A stretch of DNA of 63,950 bases, filler included, from Hyphochytrium catenoides (taxonomy: Eukaryota > Protista > Hyphochytriomycota), in assembly GCA_900088475.1 (NCBI GenBank). It is 5 parts of 5 records of this genome, joined end to end, with 100 filler letters (N's around TTAATTAATTAA, not from the genome) between each part and the next. Parts side by side here need not be neighbours in the genome. Positions count along the whole stretch, not along the records: positions 37,476 to 52,737 come from FLMG01001535.1; positions 52,838 to 56,023 come from FLMG01001249.1; positions 56,124 to 63,950 come from FLMG01004072.1; 2 more parts are not named here. The stretch is one strand, 5' to 3'. Positions within the stretch are counted from its first letter, which is position 1. Each line of letters starts with the position of its first letter. The notes under the pieces are model-generated. The model saw nothing but the letters and a program-made list of their open reading frames with translations. It did not search any database and was not told the DNA's origin. Below are positions 51,270 through 63,950 of the stretch, in pieces. Both the position numbers and the translations under genes were made by a program.

Positions 51270-51775
51270 AGCAAGGGAGCTCAAATCGGCCAGCAGGAAC
51301 TGAGCCGCGGGAGCGAATGAGCGCCGAGTGGGAAGGGGAGCGAGCGAGCTCCGACGGGCCAGCAGGAACTGTGCCACGGGCGCGAACGAGTGCCAACGGA
51401 GAAAGGGAGCGAACGAGCTCCAATGGGCCAGCAGGAACTGTGCCACGGGCGCGAACGAGTGCCACCGGCGAAAGGGAGCGAACGAGCTCCAATTGGCCAG
51501 CAGGAACTGAGTGCCGAGTGGGAAGGGGAGAGAGCGAGCTCCGACGGGCCAGCAGGAACTGTGCCACGGGCGCGAATGAGTGCCAACGGAGAAAGGGAGC
51601 GAACGAGCTCCAATTGGCCAGCAGGGACTGAGCCGCGGGCGCGAATGAGTGCCGAGTGGGAAGGGGAGCGAGCGAGCTCCGACGGGCCAGCAGGAACTGT
51701 GCCGCGGGCGCGAATGAGTGCCAACAGGGACAGGGAGCGAACGAGCTCCAACCGGCCAGCGGAAACTGTGCCCAG
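51270..51775 (+). repeat. 69-bp tandem repeat array (~7 units, two subtypes, one unit with a 17-bp deletion)
   Basis: AGCAGGAACT-like anchor recurs at 51292, 51361, 51430, 51499, 51551, 51620, 51689, 51758. Confidence 0.92.
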
Positions 51776-52737
51776 GGGAACGATCACGCGGTGTAAATGG
51801 ACCATGGCGCCGTGGGAACAGGACCCCACGCAGTGCGCCGCGTGGCACTGAAAGACAAGTGCCACGTCGACTTCTGGACCAGTTGGTGTCGTCGGAAAGT
51901 GAACGTGAGGAGTTCGAGGGTGGAATGGACCCACTAGAAGAAGGAAGGAGTGCAGGCTCCGCGGGCGAGAGTGATGATGGAGGAGAAGACCTCTCCCGGC
52001 GAGATTCAGGGTTAGGGACAATCTCCGCGCGGGACCGCGAGCGATTACCGGTCTTTGAGGGGAATCAATCGTTCCGGCACCATCTCCGGGACTTGGAGGT
52101 GGTTACACGGCGCTGGACAGACTCACAGCGTGTCATGGCACTTGAAGAGTCCATCGGAAAGCAGTACCGCCATGTGCTAACGCTGTTGACCCCTTCAGAC
52201 CGCAGAACAAATGATGGCCTCCAGCGGGCCCTGCGGAGACGATTAGATGGAGATGCCATTGCCCACGGGGCGGTGGATCCTATGGAGCAGCTAAGAGAAG
52301 AGCTGCGGTCCCGGAAGGCCCCAAGCAGAGGTCGGGAGACAGACTGGTTTGATTACGTCAACAGACGAGAAGGACTACTGAATGACCTGCGACGGCAAAC
52401 ACGCCTTTACTATGGTCACGAAGGGGCGCTGACCTTTTCGAGGATGGCACGCATGCTCGTGGACGGGGTGACGGGACACCCGAGGGAGCGGGCATTGAGG
52501 ATATTGCTGGATAGTTGTCTGGACAATGCTTTAAGTAGGCCAGCGTTTGAGGATTTGGCAGTAAAGATGCGGTCGTTGTGGCGGGAGGCGTTCAGCGGTG
52601 AAGCCGAAGGTTTAAAGCAGCGGTCGAGTCAAGAGAAGCAGTTCTCTTGCAGGACCTGTCGGTCGAATGGCCACAGATGGGCGAAGTGCGCTAAGAACCC
52701 TCGCAACCAAAGACCGGATAGGCCCACCGGGAAGAAG
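51718..52737 (+). mobile_element. Retrotransposon gag-like ORF with CCHC zinc knuckle (truncated by scaffold end)
   Basis: LPVFEGNQSFRHHLRDLEVV capsid-like start; CRTCRSNGHRWAKC = CX2CX4HX4C. Confidence 0.82.
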
Positions 52738-52837
52738 NNNNNNNNNNNNNNNNNNNNNNNNNNNNNNNNNNNNNNNNNNNNTTAATTAATTAANNNNNNN
52801 NNNNNNNNNNNNNNNNNNNNNNNNNNNNNNNNNNNNN
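52738..52837. other. Artificial scaffold linker
   Basis: TTAATTAATTAA at 52782-52793 between N runs. Confidence 0.97.
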
Positions 52838-53470
52838 CAATCAATGGCTCAAGCAAGGGATCCCTTAGACGCTGGGCTTCTAGCAAAAGCGCCACCCGTG
52901 CATCTTCGACCATGACTTCAGCCTCGCTGGGACTGCTGCTGCTTCCGTTAGAACCTCCCTCTCCGCCAGCAAAACTCTCGTTCAAGATGCGGACAGTGAG
53001 TTGAACCAAGCTATTTGGCAATACTAAGAGCTTCTCTCACGCGGAAGCCGATGGTGCACCCACTTCGTAAGCGAAGGTGCTCTCTGTCTTCTCCTTGACC
53101 GTCTCGCGCACATCAGCGGTCACTCCTAAATCACTCTATGGTCAGTCCTCTGCCGCCCCTGGCTCCTACGAGGTCCAGAGACCGACGGCGGCAGCGGTGA
53201 CGCTGGTGGCAGGAGGAGATAGGAGCTCTCTGTGGCGGCGCTTAGTTCTACGACCTCTGTGAAGCTTTGATTGCTCGCTTTTCTCTCTCTTTTCTATCCT
53301 CTCTCTCTCCTTCTCTCTCCCTCTCTCTCCTTTCTGTCTCTCTGCTTCTGAACTCTCACTCGCTCCCTCAGTTCTCCTTTAATTGATAATCCTTTACTGA
53401 TAATCATGAGAGGACAGACGACCAATAGTAACGGCCAACTGAGAGCGGTGGGGGGTTCTGTGCACTCTCC

Positions 53471-53501
<31 letters not shown>

Positions 53502-56023
53502 NNNNNNNNNNNNNNNNNNNNNNNNNNNNNNCTCTCTCTCTCTCCCTTTCTCTCTCTCTCTCTCACACACACACTTTCTCTCTACTTTCTTTCCCTACCT
53601 ACGCACTCTCCACCGCTCTCCCCTTGCAGCAAGAACTAATCCTCCGATCTCTTCTCCTCTCCTCTCCTCTCCTCTCCTATCCGTTGATCGGCAACCTCCC
53701 CCTCCTTTCAACGTGCCAGTCGCTCTCTCTTTCCACCTGATTTATCTTTCCCTTTCTGCTCTCCTCCAACTGGCTCTCTCTTTTTCTGGCTCTCTTTCTC
53801 TCTCTCTCTTCTCTCTTTCCTTTTTCCTTTGTCTCTCGTGTACCGTCACTGGCAGTTATTATCGTTGCTGGCCAATGTTATATATCAATGGGCTGCATGG
53901 ACGAACAGGAGAGGCGAAGAGGAGGATAAAGAAAGTAGTCATCCCCAGACACTGAGCTTGTTCTGAGAGGGAGAGGAGGCTGGGAAGTGAAGAAGAAGAG
54001 AGAAGGATCTGCTGCTACTCTTTCGCCCTTCTGTCCGGTGTCTCTCTCCACTAATGGAGCGAAGAGGAGGTTGTTGATCGGGAAAAGAGGAGGAGCCCCA
54101 AGTTCCATTCTTGCTTATAGGCATGATGATGCTCGCTTCTTCTCTCCAGCTCCTTCTCTATCGCCACAGTCTACCAGCAGACTAGTAAGAGAGAGAGAGA
54201 GAATAGACGAGAGAGAGAGAGAAGGAGAGAAAGGAACAGAAGAGAGAGCTGAGCCAGAACCCCGCTATGAACAGAGTAGACAAAGAGGAGAAGGTCACAC
54301 TAGCAAAGGAGGAGACAGAGTGCGGCTCTCTTGCCTGTACAAACGAGAAGGAGAGAGAAGAGTCTGGACCCTTGAGTGAAAGAGAAGAGACTGGGTAGAG
54401 AAAGACTCTCTTCTCCTCTTCCGACACCGCCTCCCTCTCCCTGGCGGCGTCAAAAAATAGCCCACAACGGTCTGGAGAGAGGGACATAAGCTGAGGAGAT
54501 AACGACATAATCTTTTTAACTCAATAACTTCTCTCTTGGCCAGCCTGCTGCTCTGTCCTTCTGCCCGTTCTGCTTCCATCATTGATAAAATAAACTCTCT
54601 TTCTCCTTCTCTTCTCTCTCTTTTCTCTCACTCTCTTTGTCGTCTGTCTTACTCTCTTTCTCTCTCTCCATCTCCTATCTCTCGCTCCCTGATCTCCATC
54701 TCTCTTGGGCATCGGTGTGACTTCATAAAAGATTATCTTCTCTACCTCGTCGGCGGTCGCGGCCACAGCGTCTCGGTCTATCATCTTCTCTCGGTAGGCC
54801 GTCAGTCTCGTCATAACTTGCAAGAGAGAGAGACGTAAAGAGAGCTAAAGATAGAGCGAGAAGCCAGCTAAGGGCTTTGGAGCAAGGAAAGAGAGAGAAA
54901 GAGAGAGAGAGAGAGACAACCCCTTGCAGCGGAGGCAGACTATCCGGGAGACAAAAGGATGTCTCTTCTCTTTTCGTCCTCTTCCACGGCAGCAGATGTG
55001 GGGGAGAACAAGGGAAAAGGAGAGAAGAAAGGAGATGTCTCTTCTTCCACGGCAAGAAGACGAAGCAGCACTGTTCTCTATCATCCACACCGCGGAGAGG
55101 AGGAGCAGAGCACAGGAACCCCATACCAATCTTTAGGAGACAGGGAAGAGTCTTCAAAGGAAAAGGAAGAGACAGAGAAGGGAAGAAGAGAGGAAGAGAG
55201 AGAAGAAGAAGAAGGTGGGTTGGAACCATCAGGAGAAGGAGTAGTTCTCTTTGATAGGCGCAGCATCCGAGCCAAAAGCTCTTCCCCGTCCTCGTCTCTC
55301 TCTTTCACTGGCGCCAATCTCTCCTCTCCCGCTGGTTCCCAGGCCACTGTCAACACAGCGGCATCGCCTGCAGGAGTGAGACTCTGGCTCCCAACAATCT
55401 CGTCTCTTGCTCCCCCAGGCTCCCAGCAGCAAGAAGGAAAGACAGAAAGAGAGGAGAAGGGGAAGGGGAAGCTAGTAGAGGAGAGACTGCCACTCTCTTT
55501 CTCTTCTGCTCCTTCTCCTCCTCTTATTCTCTCTTCTACGTCCGAAAGAATGTCAGTAGGGCACGGAGGAGGAGGTGGAGGGTGGCCTGAGAGAGTCTCT
55601 TTGACGGTTTGTTCATCTCCGCGTCCTTCCACTCATCTCTTCGGGCCCGGCTTGATTGACTTCTCTTCCCCTTCTTCCTCCTCTTCTTCTTTTCCGGGCT
55701 TCTCTCCCATGTTTAACGGGGAAGGATGGAGAGAAGAAGAGGGAGCGTTCTCTTCTTTCTCTTCTTACCTGGGACGGAGAAAGGGAGGAGAGAAGGCAAG
55801 ACGGGGAGAAGACAAAAGAGAGAGGAAAGAAGAGGAGGCGGACAGAAGTTTGTCCGGTCTCTTTCTTCCTTCAATTGGGAGCTGGAGAGAGAGAGTGAGC
55901 GTCTTCCTTCTCTTCTTTCTTGGAGGCATTGTCCTTGTGAAGGCGCTGACGAACCCATTCTTAGGCTGGTTAGATGGGGAGAAAGCCTTCGTGGTAGAGA
56001 ATGCCAAGGAGAAGGGCAGGATC

Positions 56024-56123
56024 NNNNNNNNNNNNNNNNNNNNNNNNNNNNNNNNNNNNNNNNNNNNTTAATTAATTAANNNNNNNNNNNNNNNNNNNNN
56101 NNNNNNNNNNNNNNNNNNNNNNN
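56024..56123. other. Artificial scaffold linker
   Basis: TTAATTAATTAA at 56068-56079 between N runs. Confidence 0.97.
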
Positions 56124-56404
56124 AAGGAGAGAGGAGAGAGTCGGATGGCAGGTATGATGAGAAGAGAACGGAGAGAGGAGAGAGATGGTTGTTGGACGAA
56201 GAGGAAAGTGAAAGGGCAAGCAACATCATCTCCCACCCCAACTCGATCTCGCTCGTCCCATCAATCATCCCAAGCCAGAGGTCCAAAACTGAGAAGAGAT
56301 CGAGACAGAGAGAGACAGAGAGACGGAGAGAGAGAGAAGGAAGGAGAGAGAGAGAAGGAAGGAGAGAGAGAGACAAGGAAGGAGAGAGAGAGAGAGAGAA
56401 AGAA

Positions 56405-56459
<55 letters not shown>

Positions 56460-57356
56460 AAGAAAGAACGAAAGAAAGAAAGAAAGAAAGAGAGANAGAG
56501 AGAGAGAGAGAGAGAGAAAAAAAAGAGAACGAAAGCGGCACCCTTAGGGATGACTATATCATGCCCACCGAGACAGAGTAACGAGAGCTACGGTCTCATT
56601 GGTATATCACTACTCTCAAACCACATAGTCTAGTAAAATGACAAGACAGAGTGAGCAAGAAAGACCTATTGCATGACGGGTTTGCGTCTAAAATCCCTAG
56701 ATCCCCTTGTAAATCTTAGGCTTTAAACGCTCTGTCTCCTCGTCATGGTGGAAGAGAGCCAGAGACTAAGCTGCAGATAGTAATACTGCGACTACCTAAT
56801 ATTTTTACTAGTAAAGACCTTGTTCTCATCATCCGTAGTAATACGCATCAGAAAGTACAGGAACTGGGTGACTTCTGGTGCGGAAAGATTCAACTGCATC
56901 TAGTTGAAAGCTTCCTGAGAAACATATTTCCTTTTGCATAGGCTTTGTCGGTTGAATTTTAAGAGAAAACTTTTTCTGGAAGCTTTACTCACTGTTTAGA
57001 ACTGAGAAAGTCAACCCCTAAGTTCTATCCTAAATTCTAGGTGATCAGCATTCTTGTCAATGGCTCTCCTATTCGTAATAATACCAAATGTTGTCTCAAA
57101 GGGTTTGAAATGTTTATGATATAATTCGGAATTCGAGGCGAACCGTTATGGCTGGCTCTTGATGGTTCAGCAGGCTTTTGAAAGGGATCCGAAGAGTTCC
57201 ATCTCTCAATCTCTCTCTCTCTGTCTCTGTGTCTCTCTCTCGCTGTCTCTGTCTCTCTCTCTCTCGCTCTCTCCCTCTTTCTTTCTCTCTCTGTCTCTCT
57301 CGCTCTCTCTGTGTCTCTCTCTCCTTCCCTCTGTCCTCTCTCCCTCTCCCCCTTTG

Positions 57357-57404
<48 letters not shown>

Positions 57405-58837
57405 CATGTCTCTCGTTTCCTCTCTACGCCTTTCGCAAACCAGCTCGTCTACACTCTTTGTCCGCTACTGTCTCTCTCGTGAACACAGCTTCTTCTTCAG
57501 CCTTCATCCCCCATCCTCTAGCCTGTAGCTGTTCTCTTGATGACAACGACGTCTCTCAACGTCCTGTCTCCCTCTCACTTTGGCCCTTTCCCGTACCAAC
57601 AGAGCTCGTCATCGGATCTCGGACGTCTCTCCTCCTGGTAATCTCTGATCTCCGGGTCGGGAGACGAGGTAGAACAGCCAGGACCGGAGCGTTGTGAGCG
57701 ACAGACAATAGAATGGCCCACCAAGAGAGGAAAGTGATCATGAGATAGGCAGTAGTGCCAACGAGCGAGCAACCGAGGGAGAGCGAGAGAGAAAAAGAGA
57801 GAGAGAGAGCAGGGGAAAGAGAGGTTAGAGTATTGTCTTCTGTTTGGTGTANNNNNNNNNNNNNNNNNNNNNNNNNNNNNNNNAGAGAGAACACGAAGAA
57901 GAGAGGGAAGGAGAGGGACAGAAAAAGAGAGAGAGGATTGGAGAGAGCGAGAGAGAAGAAAGATACGCAGATATAGAGGAGGTAGAAAGAGCCAGAGAGA
58001 GAGAGACAGTAGAGAACGACAGACTGCATCGTCGTGAATTCTTCTTCGTGTTGTTGAAGCTCTAGTGACCGCGTCCACGAGGTCTCCTTTTGCTGTCACA
58101 TTCTCTTGAGAAGGGCTAGAGGCTATGGCTGCAGCAGGATCGATTGCTGATCTAGCGCATGTCTCCGACGTCTCTCTCTTTCCTCTTTCCCGAGGAGGTG
58201 TCCTCTGTTCTCTCTCTCTCTTGACCCTTTCTTGCTTCACTTTGAAGACTCTCTCCCGTGTCCTCTCTCATTCTTTCTCTCTCTCTCTAGCCTTTTTTAG
58301 AAAGATTTGCTTTATCTCTTTCCTCAATAAGCCTCGTCATCTCCCTTTCGCACCAAGAGCTTCGACCTTCAAAGTGGTGCTATCCTCTGTCCTTCACAGC
58401 CAAGGAACCTTCTCTTCTCTCTTCGTCTCGCCTGGGTGCTGCACCTCGTGAGACATAAAACCCTGGCCGAGCTTCAACTTCCTGCTGCCTTCCCTTCACT
58501 GATCGTCAGCGCTAACAATGGGCTGCGAGCCATAGTGATCCAGACAAGACGGACGGCACGAAGAGAGAGTAGACCCATAGTCTTGACTCTGCTTCTTATA
58601 CGTTACGACGTCTGCTCGGATGGAGCGCTTTCTATAGAGTTGCTGATAGGACAGAAGCGTACCTCTTTTCTCCTCTCTCTCTCTCTCCTCTCTTTTTCTG
58701 TTTCTTTCTTAGTGTCTCTCTCTTTGTGCTTCGTTTTCTTTGAGCGATAGTGCTATATTTCTCTAGCTAATGGCGGTAATCATAGCATTCATGCTTGCCT
58801 TTGATCATAAGTAATGAACGCAAGACTGAAACAAAAC

Positions 58838-58868
<31 letters not shown>

Positions 58869-59592
58869 CGGAAAGAAGGGGAGAAAGGTTTTGATCTAGC
58901 AGTCGTTTCAACAGTCCCTTCCTTTCATGGACTTACCTTTGCTCCTCTCCTTACTACTCGATAGTAAACAAAAAAAAAGAGAGCTCCGCCGGAAGACGTC
59001 TCTCAGTTGTGTCCTTCGTCCTGTTGCTCTGGTCCTAGAAGTCTTCCCTCTCTTAACTAACCTTTCTTGTTCTGCCTCGCCTACTTTTCTTTCTCTCTCT
59101 CTCTTTTGTTTCCTTCCTCGTGTTTCTCCGGATCCCTCTTCCTCAATGACAGACGCCTTAAGACCATTGGAGGTGGAGGACCGACTATCGTGTGAGGGAA
59201 AGCCATAACGGGAGAGGAGCTCAAGAGAAGATGCTGAGAGGAGGACCGAGATCTGGGCTGTAGTGGCAGACAAATGGAAAGGAGTAGGGGTGGCAAAGAG
59301 ATCTGGGAAGACTCTCTATCTCTCTATCTCTCTCTCTTGCTCTCTCTCTCCCAGCTGACTCTTTCTGACTCTTTACACGGTGTTGAAGATGAGTCTTTCT
59401 GTTTGGGTTGATATTAGCATTATGAGAGCCTATCGAATAACTACTATGAACATCAGCACGTGGCCTACCCGTCGAGAGAAAGAGAGAGAGAGAGAAGAGG
59501 ACAAATATCATCCTGAGAGAGAAGAGGACAAATATGTCATCCTCTCCTTTCTTTGCTCTCAAGTTGCCTCTTCCTGTTCCAATCTTTAAACC

Positions 59593-62008
59593 TTAGAAAA
59601 AGTAGCGCTTCTTTCTCTTCTCAGGCTGGCCAGGCTGGCTAAAGTCTCCTCCTCTGTGGCCGACATCTTCATCATGAAGAAGACCAGAGTCGCTAATGAA
59701 TCCGGTCGAAGCGTCTGTGTGCATGTCTATAGAGGATTGAGCAGAGGGAGAAAGAGAAAGTGTGAGATAGGCTAACACTCAGTAGATAAAGGGCAGAGAA
59801 AGAGCAGTCACTAGAGGTTCAAAGGCAAAGCACGAGACAAAAGCTTGTCATGAAATCTGCAAATGCAGACGCAGAGCAAGTCGTCTCTAGTCTAAAGATG
59901 GGCGGCCGTCAAGATGAGCAGGAGAGCCTAGATCCAGTTTCCCTTTTCCGACGAAGAAAGATCCCGGAAAGCTGCTTCCATATGAAGAGGAAGCGAGTCA
60001 AAGACCTACCTTGGCCTGGATGTGAAGAGTTATCGTCCAAGATGGCAGCGTGATCGCCCTGCATGAGCCCTCCTCCAGCTGCCACAGGAGGTGCCAACGT
60101 ATCCATTGGAGGGGCGAGAAGGTCGCTCTCCGCTGTAGCGAGAGGGACGAGATGAGAGACACATACCGCGTGAACGCACCGAAAGCAGGAATAGAGGGAA
60201 GAGGAAGAGACAGCCATGCCCACAAAAGTTCAAGAGAGAGAGAGCCATGCACAAGAACGAAGCTCCAAAGGCGCAAACGAGAGAGAGAGAGAAAAGGAGA
60301 GACCCAGCCGACTTTGGCATTGCAGAAGGAGAAAGAGGATATAAAGATACCTCCAGGAATGGCGGACGGGGCAGTCATCCTTGTGATCATGATGCCCAAG
60401 CCCTCAATCAAAGCTGTTCAGCAAGCAAAGTGCGGTCAATCTTCGTCAAACTGCTGCCTGTCCACTAAACAACAGCGTTTCTTCTCTCCGCTTGGCAATG
60501 GTGTCCCTCGCTATCATTTAGTGATTCCTTTCTTTTCCTTTACAGCTCTAAGTCTCTATCCTCCTCAGTCACACAGCTGCCTCAGCCATCCGCGCAGCCT
60601 TCCCGTTCCCCGAAGCCACTTCCCTATAAGTTTGCTTGTCTTCTTTGCGCTTATTAAACGATCCCCTTACCTAGTAAAACTCCGCCGACGAGAGCATTCT
60701 TGCCTGCAGCCTTTACGCCAGCTATAGAGAGGAAGAAAGAGGCTCAGGCAATGAAGAGCTCCTCTGTCTCTAGGATGCTGGACTCCAAAGAGTTAATTCC
60801 CGAGGGTCTCATGCCTCGCCTGACCTTTTTGTTTCTCTTCCTCGTCCTCGGATCGCTCTAACCTCTACCCTGCCCTTCCCTTTCTAACGGCTCAGTGCAT
60901 ACCTCGCGCTGCAAGAACTCCGCCGGTCATGGCGCCTGACATGATAGCATTCCAAGGATCTTCCTTCCTTCGGATCGCTGGGCAGAGAAATGGACGTAAG
61001 GCGATCAGAACACTGAGTAGCTGACAAGAATAGCGGACAGAAAATTGAAGGGAACAAGACACGAAGAGTGGACAGGCAGAAAGATACACAGAGAGAGAGA
61101 GAGAGAGAAAGACAGCAAAGGAGAGGTAGCATCAAGACCCTTTCTCTCCGCTGGACCTCACAAAGAGGTAAGACCCCGCGGGAGCCGAAGAAGGAGATGG
61201 ATCAGAAGATTGTGCCCTTCTTACCTGTGAGAGTGCAGTCAAACGAGGAGAAGAGGCCGCCCCAAACAGCAAAGTTGCCGCCGAGCACAGGCCCACGAGC
61301 CTTCACCGCAGCTAACGAGCCAAGTAACCGCTCGCCCTTTGGAGAGTTGCGCGCTCCCTAACAAACAGTTAGCATTAGTAAGACATGACGCATCGGACAG
61401 CCAAAAGCATGACCTATGGCAGAAAGCAGAGAGAGAGAGAGAGAGAGAGAGAAAGAGCAGAGAGACGGAGAGACAGACAGACAGACGTGGAAGCGCTTTG
61501 CTGCCTATGGAACAGACGCAAAAGGCTACATCAATCGCTCAAGCATCCTGCTTGTCAGTGTGCAAGCTTTATGCCCAGGGAGAGATGCAATGGAGGTGAT
61601 GGCCAGGGAGGAAGATGCGCCAGCACCCTCGGCAGAAGGAGAGAACCTTACCCTGACACTGTGGAATATAGAGCCGCCAATGGCGCCTGTCAGAGGAAGA
61701 GAGAAAATAGATTGAAGGAGCCTTTAGAGAGATGGGTCATCTTAACTCAAGAGCGACTAGAGACGAAGGAAGCACAAAGAGAGAGAATGCCTGTGGGAGA
61801 GAGACAGAACAAGAGAGAGAGAGACAAAGAGAAAGAGAGAGAGAGAGCAAAGAAGAGAAATGAGGGAGAGAACGCGGAGAGAGAAAGAGAGAGAGGGGAG
61901 AGAGGAGACTGGCTTTTAACTTCATCCTCTCGACTTACCCATGGCAAAAGCGCTTCCTACATCATCTAAGATCCTATAAGGGCATGGTTCTCTTCCGTAC
62001 TCTCCCAT
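59593..62008 (-). CDS. TIM17: Mitochondrial inner membrane translocase subunit Tim17
   Basis: Eight in-phase exons (62008-61939, 61686-61652, 61357-61225, 60977-60903, 60721-60671, 60413-60351, 60132-60010, 59726-59593): [24 protein letters not shown]...[19 protein letters not shown]...[23 protein letters not shown]...[13 protein letters not shown]. Confidence 0.96.
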
Positions 62009-62109
62009 TGTGTGCTCCTGTCAGCTCAGGGAAGGGCAGCAACCAGACTTACAAGGTACCTGATCGAGAGAAGAAAGACGAGTCAGAGTAGAGAAGCTTG
62101 AAGAGAGTA

Positions 62110-62176
<67 letters not shown>

Positions 62177-63032
62177 AGGCTATAAGCATAGGATAGCACC
62201 AGAGAAGCAGAGAATATTTCCCAGGCCGGTCGAGAGCTCTTGCCTTTAGACGCTTCTTCTTGGTCTGACCATAGAAAGGCCCCAGCAGACGCTGCAGAGA
62301 GTCTGGGTAGGTTGTCAAGCTATTAGAAACAGCGCTTGCTCTCTCTCTCTCTCTCTCCAAGTCGTCTTCTGAAGCTCGGCCTGCGAATCTATTTCTTGCT
62401 GCTGCTGTCTCTTCCGCTGATCGACACTTCATCTTTTTTTCTGCTTTTCTCTCTCGCTCTCGCTCTCTNNNNNNNNNTCTGTTCGCCCGACCTCTAGAGA
62501 GAGACAGAGAGAGCAGTGGAGAACCAAGCATCACCCAGGGTTACCCAGGTTACGTTGGGTAAAGCAGGTCCTCTCTGCAAAAATAATATGCGACCCCATC
62601 CATCAAACACTACCAAGTCAGCTTGGTTCATTAGCCATAATGCATATTACTCTATCTGAGTTAGTAATATAGGTAACCGGGGTAATGCGGTGATGGAGTG
62701 ATTGTGCAACACAGAGGTAACAGAGGGGAAGTGGTTAGCCTCACCCAAGAGTCAAAGACAGAGTGACAACAGAGCCACTCTATACTAAGAGACAGAGCTG
62801 CCTTATTAGCAAGACAGAGGCAATCCAAAACAGTTCTTATACTGTACATACTGTATGTAGAGACAATAAGAATTTTATCAAGAGACATGGAGGGAGCAGA
62901 AGCCAGAGAGCGGAAGAGATAGGAAGATGAGACAGACGCAAGTGCTGTGCAGATCGCAGCGGAAGAGCCATCAGAACTCAACTGCTGAACGCGGGCACCG
63001 TGTCCGTTATAGACCCAAGGCCAGCAGCGCAG

Positions 63033-63068
<36 letters not shown>

Positions 63069-63351
63069 CAGGGCCCAGCTACGAGGTACAGTTGGAGCAG
63101 AGGGAGAGAGAGGAGAAAGAGAGAAAGGGAGAAAGCGGAAAAGAGAGGGAGGACAGGGCCGAGTGAGGAGGAAGACATGGTGAGTGGAGAGCCGAGGAAG
63201 AGGAGAGACTTGCGCGCAGGATAGACTGAAGGAAGAGGAGATAGTCAGAAGGAAGAGGAGAAGAGGAAGAAGGAAGTGACTCCCACTTATCCATTCTCGT
63301 CTTGGCTGTTACGAAGTTCGCGGCCCGGGCGGCCCTAAAAGGCAAGACATT

Positions 63352-63950
63352 ATGGCGCAGTCCGCTTCTTTTCCTCTCTCCTCCGACGCAGAGCCAACTT
63401 CTCCAGTTGCCGCGGCTGCAGCTGGGTCTGGGTCTTCGGCCTTCCCTCTTCGCCCTAGGGATCCGCGACCTGCCAAGTCTCATGTGGCAAAGTCTACTTC
63501 TTTCTCCCTCCTCTCTTCCACCGCTTCGCCGCCTTTTCCCAACCCAGGCGCCTCTACACTCTTCCTTCCTTCGGCCGCCGCGCGCTCATTCACTGGTCCG
63601 TCATCTGTCAAGAAAGGACTACGTTCCTCCTCCCTTTCTATTGCTCTCTCTGCCGCTGTTGCTAGCGTGCCATCTCACTCACCATCACGTGCTGCTCCTT
63701 CTCGGCCTTTTGCTAGTGAAAGTAGGGCAGACGCGGGTTACCCAGTCTTTTCTCGCTGTGCTAATCCCTTTGATCCCAGCCCACCGTGGACCACTTATGA
63801 GGGCTTCAAGCTCTGTCTCTCTCTCTTGACACTCCTTCCTCTTCGTCTGCTCATCCTTCTCTTCTCCCTGGTGCTAGTCCTCTTGTTCCTTTGTCTTGCT
63901 TCTCTACAGCCATTCCCAGCGTACAGGAGAGCGCTGGTGCAGCCCACAAG
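63352..63950 (+). CDS. 5' end of LPCAT/LPEAT-like lysophospholipid acyltransferase (runs off window; absent from ORF track)
   Basis: Stop-free frame from ATG 63352: Ser/Pro/Ala-rich leader, then NPFDPSPPWTTYEGFKLCLSLLTLLPLRLLILLFSL, resembling the NPF...K...TLxPxR pre-TM segment of LPCAT1/LPEAT2; catalytic HxxxxD not in window. Confidence 0.6.
   Translation, partial: MAQSASFPLSSDAEPTSPVAAAAAGSGSSAFPLRPRDPRPAKSHVAKSTSFSLLSSTASPPFPNPGASTLFLPSAAARSFTGPSSVKKGLRSSSLSIALSAAVASVPSHSPSRAAPSRPFASESRADAGYPVFSRCANPFDPSPPWTTYEGFKLCLSLLTLLPLRLLILLFSLVLVLLFLCLASLQPFPAYRRALVQPT

Noticed and set aside
51270-51775. Regular repeats resembling a CRISPR array
   Set aside because: No unique spacers, contiguous tandem units, eukaryotic retroelement context, no cas genes
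52838-56023. 370-aa ORF 54959-56071 and overlapping antisense ORFs
   Set aside because: Low complexity, both strands open, no motif; a gene may exist but strand and product cannot be supported
56124-59400. Possible exons near 56.2, 57.5-58.2 and 58.4-58.7 kb
   Set aside because: No recognisable protein or consistent splice chain

Overview
Eukaryotic, intron-containing DNA, probably from a protist (a stramenopile is an inference from gene style, not proven). The window is five unrelated scaffold pieces joined by artificial N44-TTAATTAATTAA-N44 linkers at ~12.6, 37.4, 52.8 and 56.1 kb. Most ORFs in the supplied track are noise from (GA)n/(CT)n microsatellites, so real genes were spliced by hand. 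Piece 1: domains I-II of a multi-domain voltage-gated Ca/Na-type channel, with an atypical Ser at the domain I filter position, plus the 3' end of a PT-repeat protein. Piece 2: a ConA-like/PH/BEACH protein and, directly upstream, one ~11-kb gene whose exons join in phase. That gene encodes a signal peptide, a ~550-aa ectodomain, seven TM helices, a linker and an intact type-4 inositol polyphosphate phosphatase (CKSAKDRT), i.e. a receptor-INPP4 fusion and the best candidate for a novel system. Piece 3: a Chtop/FoP-like RGG protein, an intronless 816-aa orphan and a decayed Polinton/PLV-like element (divergent Prim-Pol/PriCT-2 and protein-primed PolB). The PolB is interrupted by a solo-LTR-like insert with a 5-bp TSD, and a retrotransposon gag with 69-bp repeats follows. 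Piece 4: nothing assignable. Piece 5: complete TIM17 and the 5' end of an LPCAT/LPEAT-like acyltransferase.
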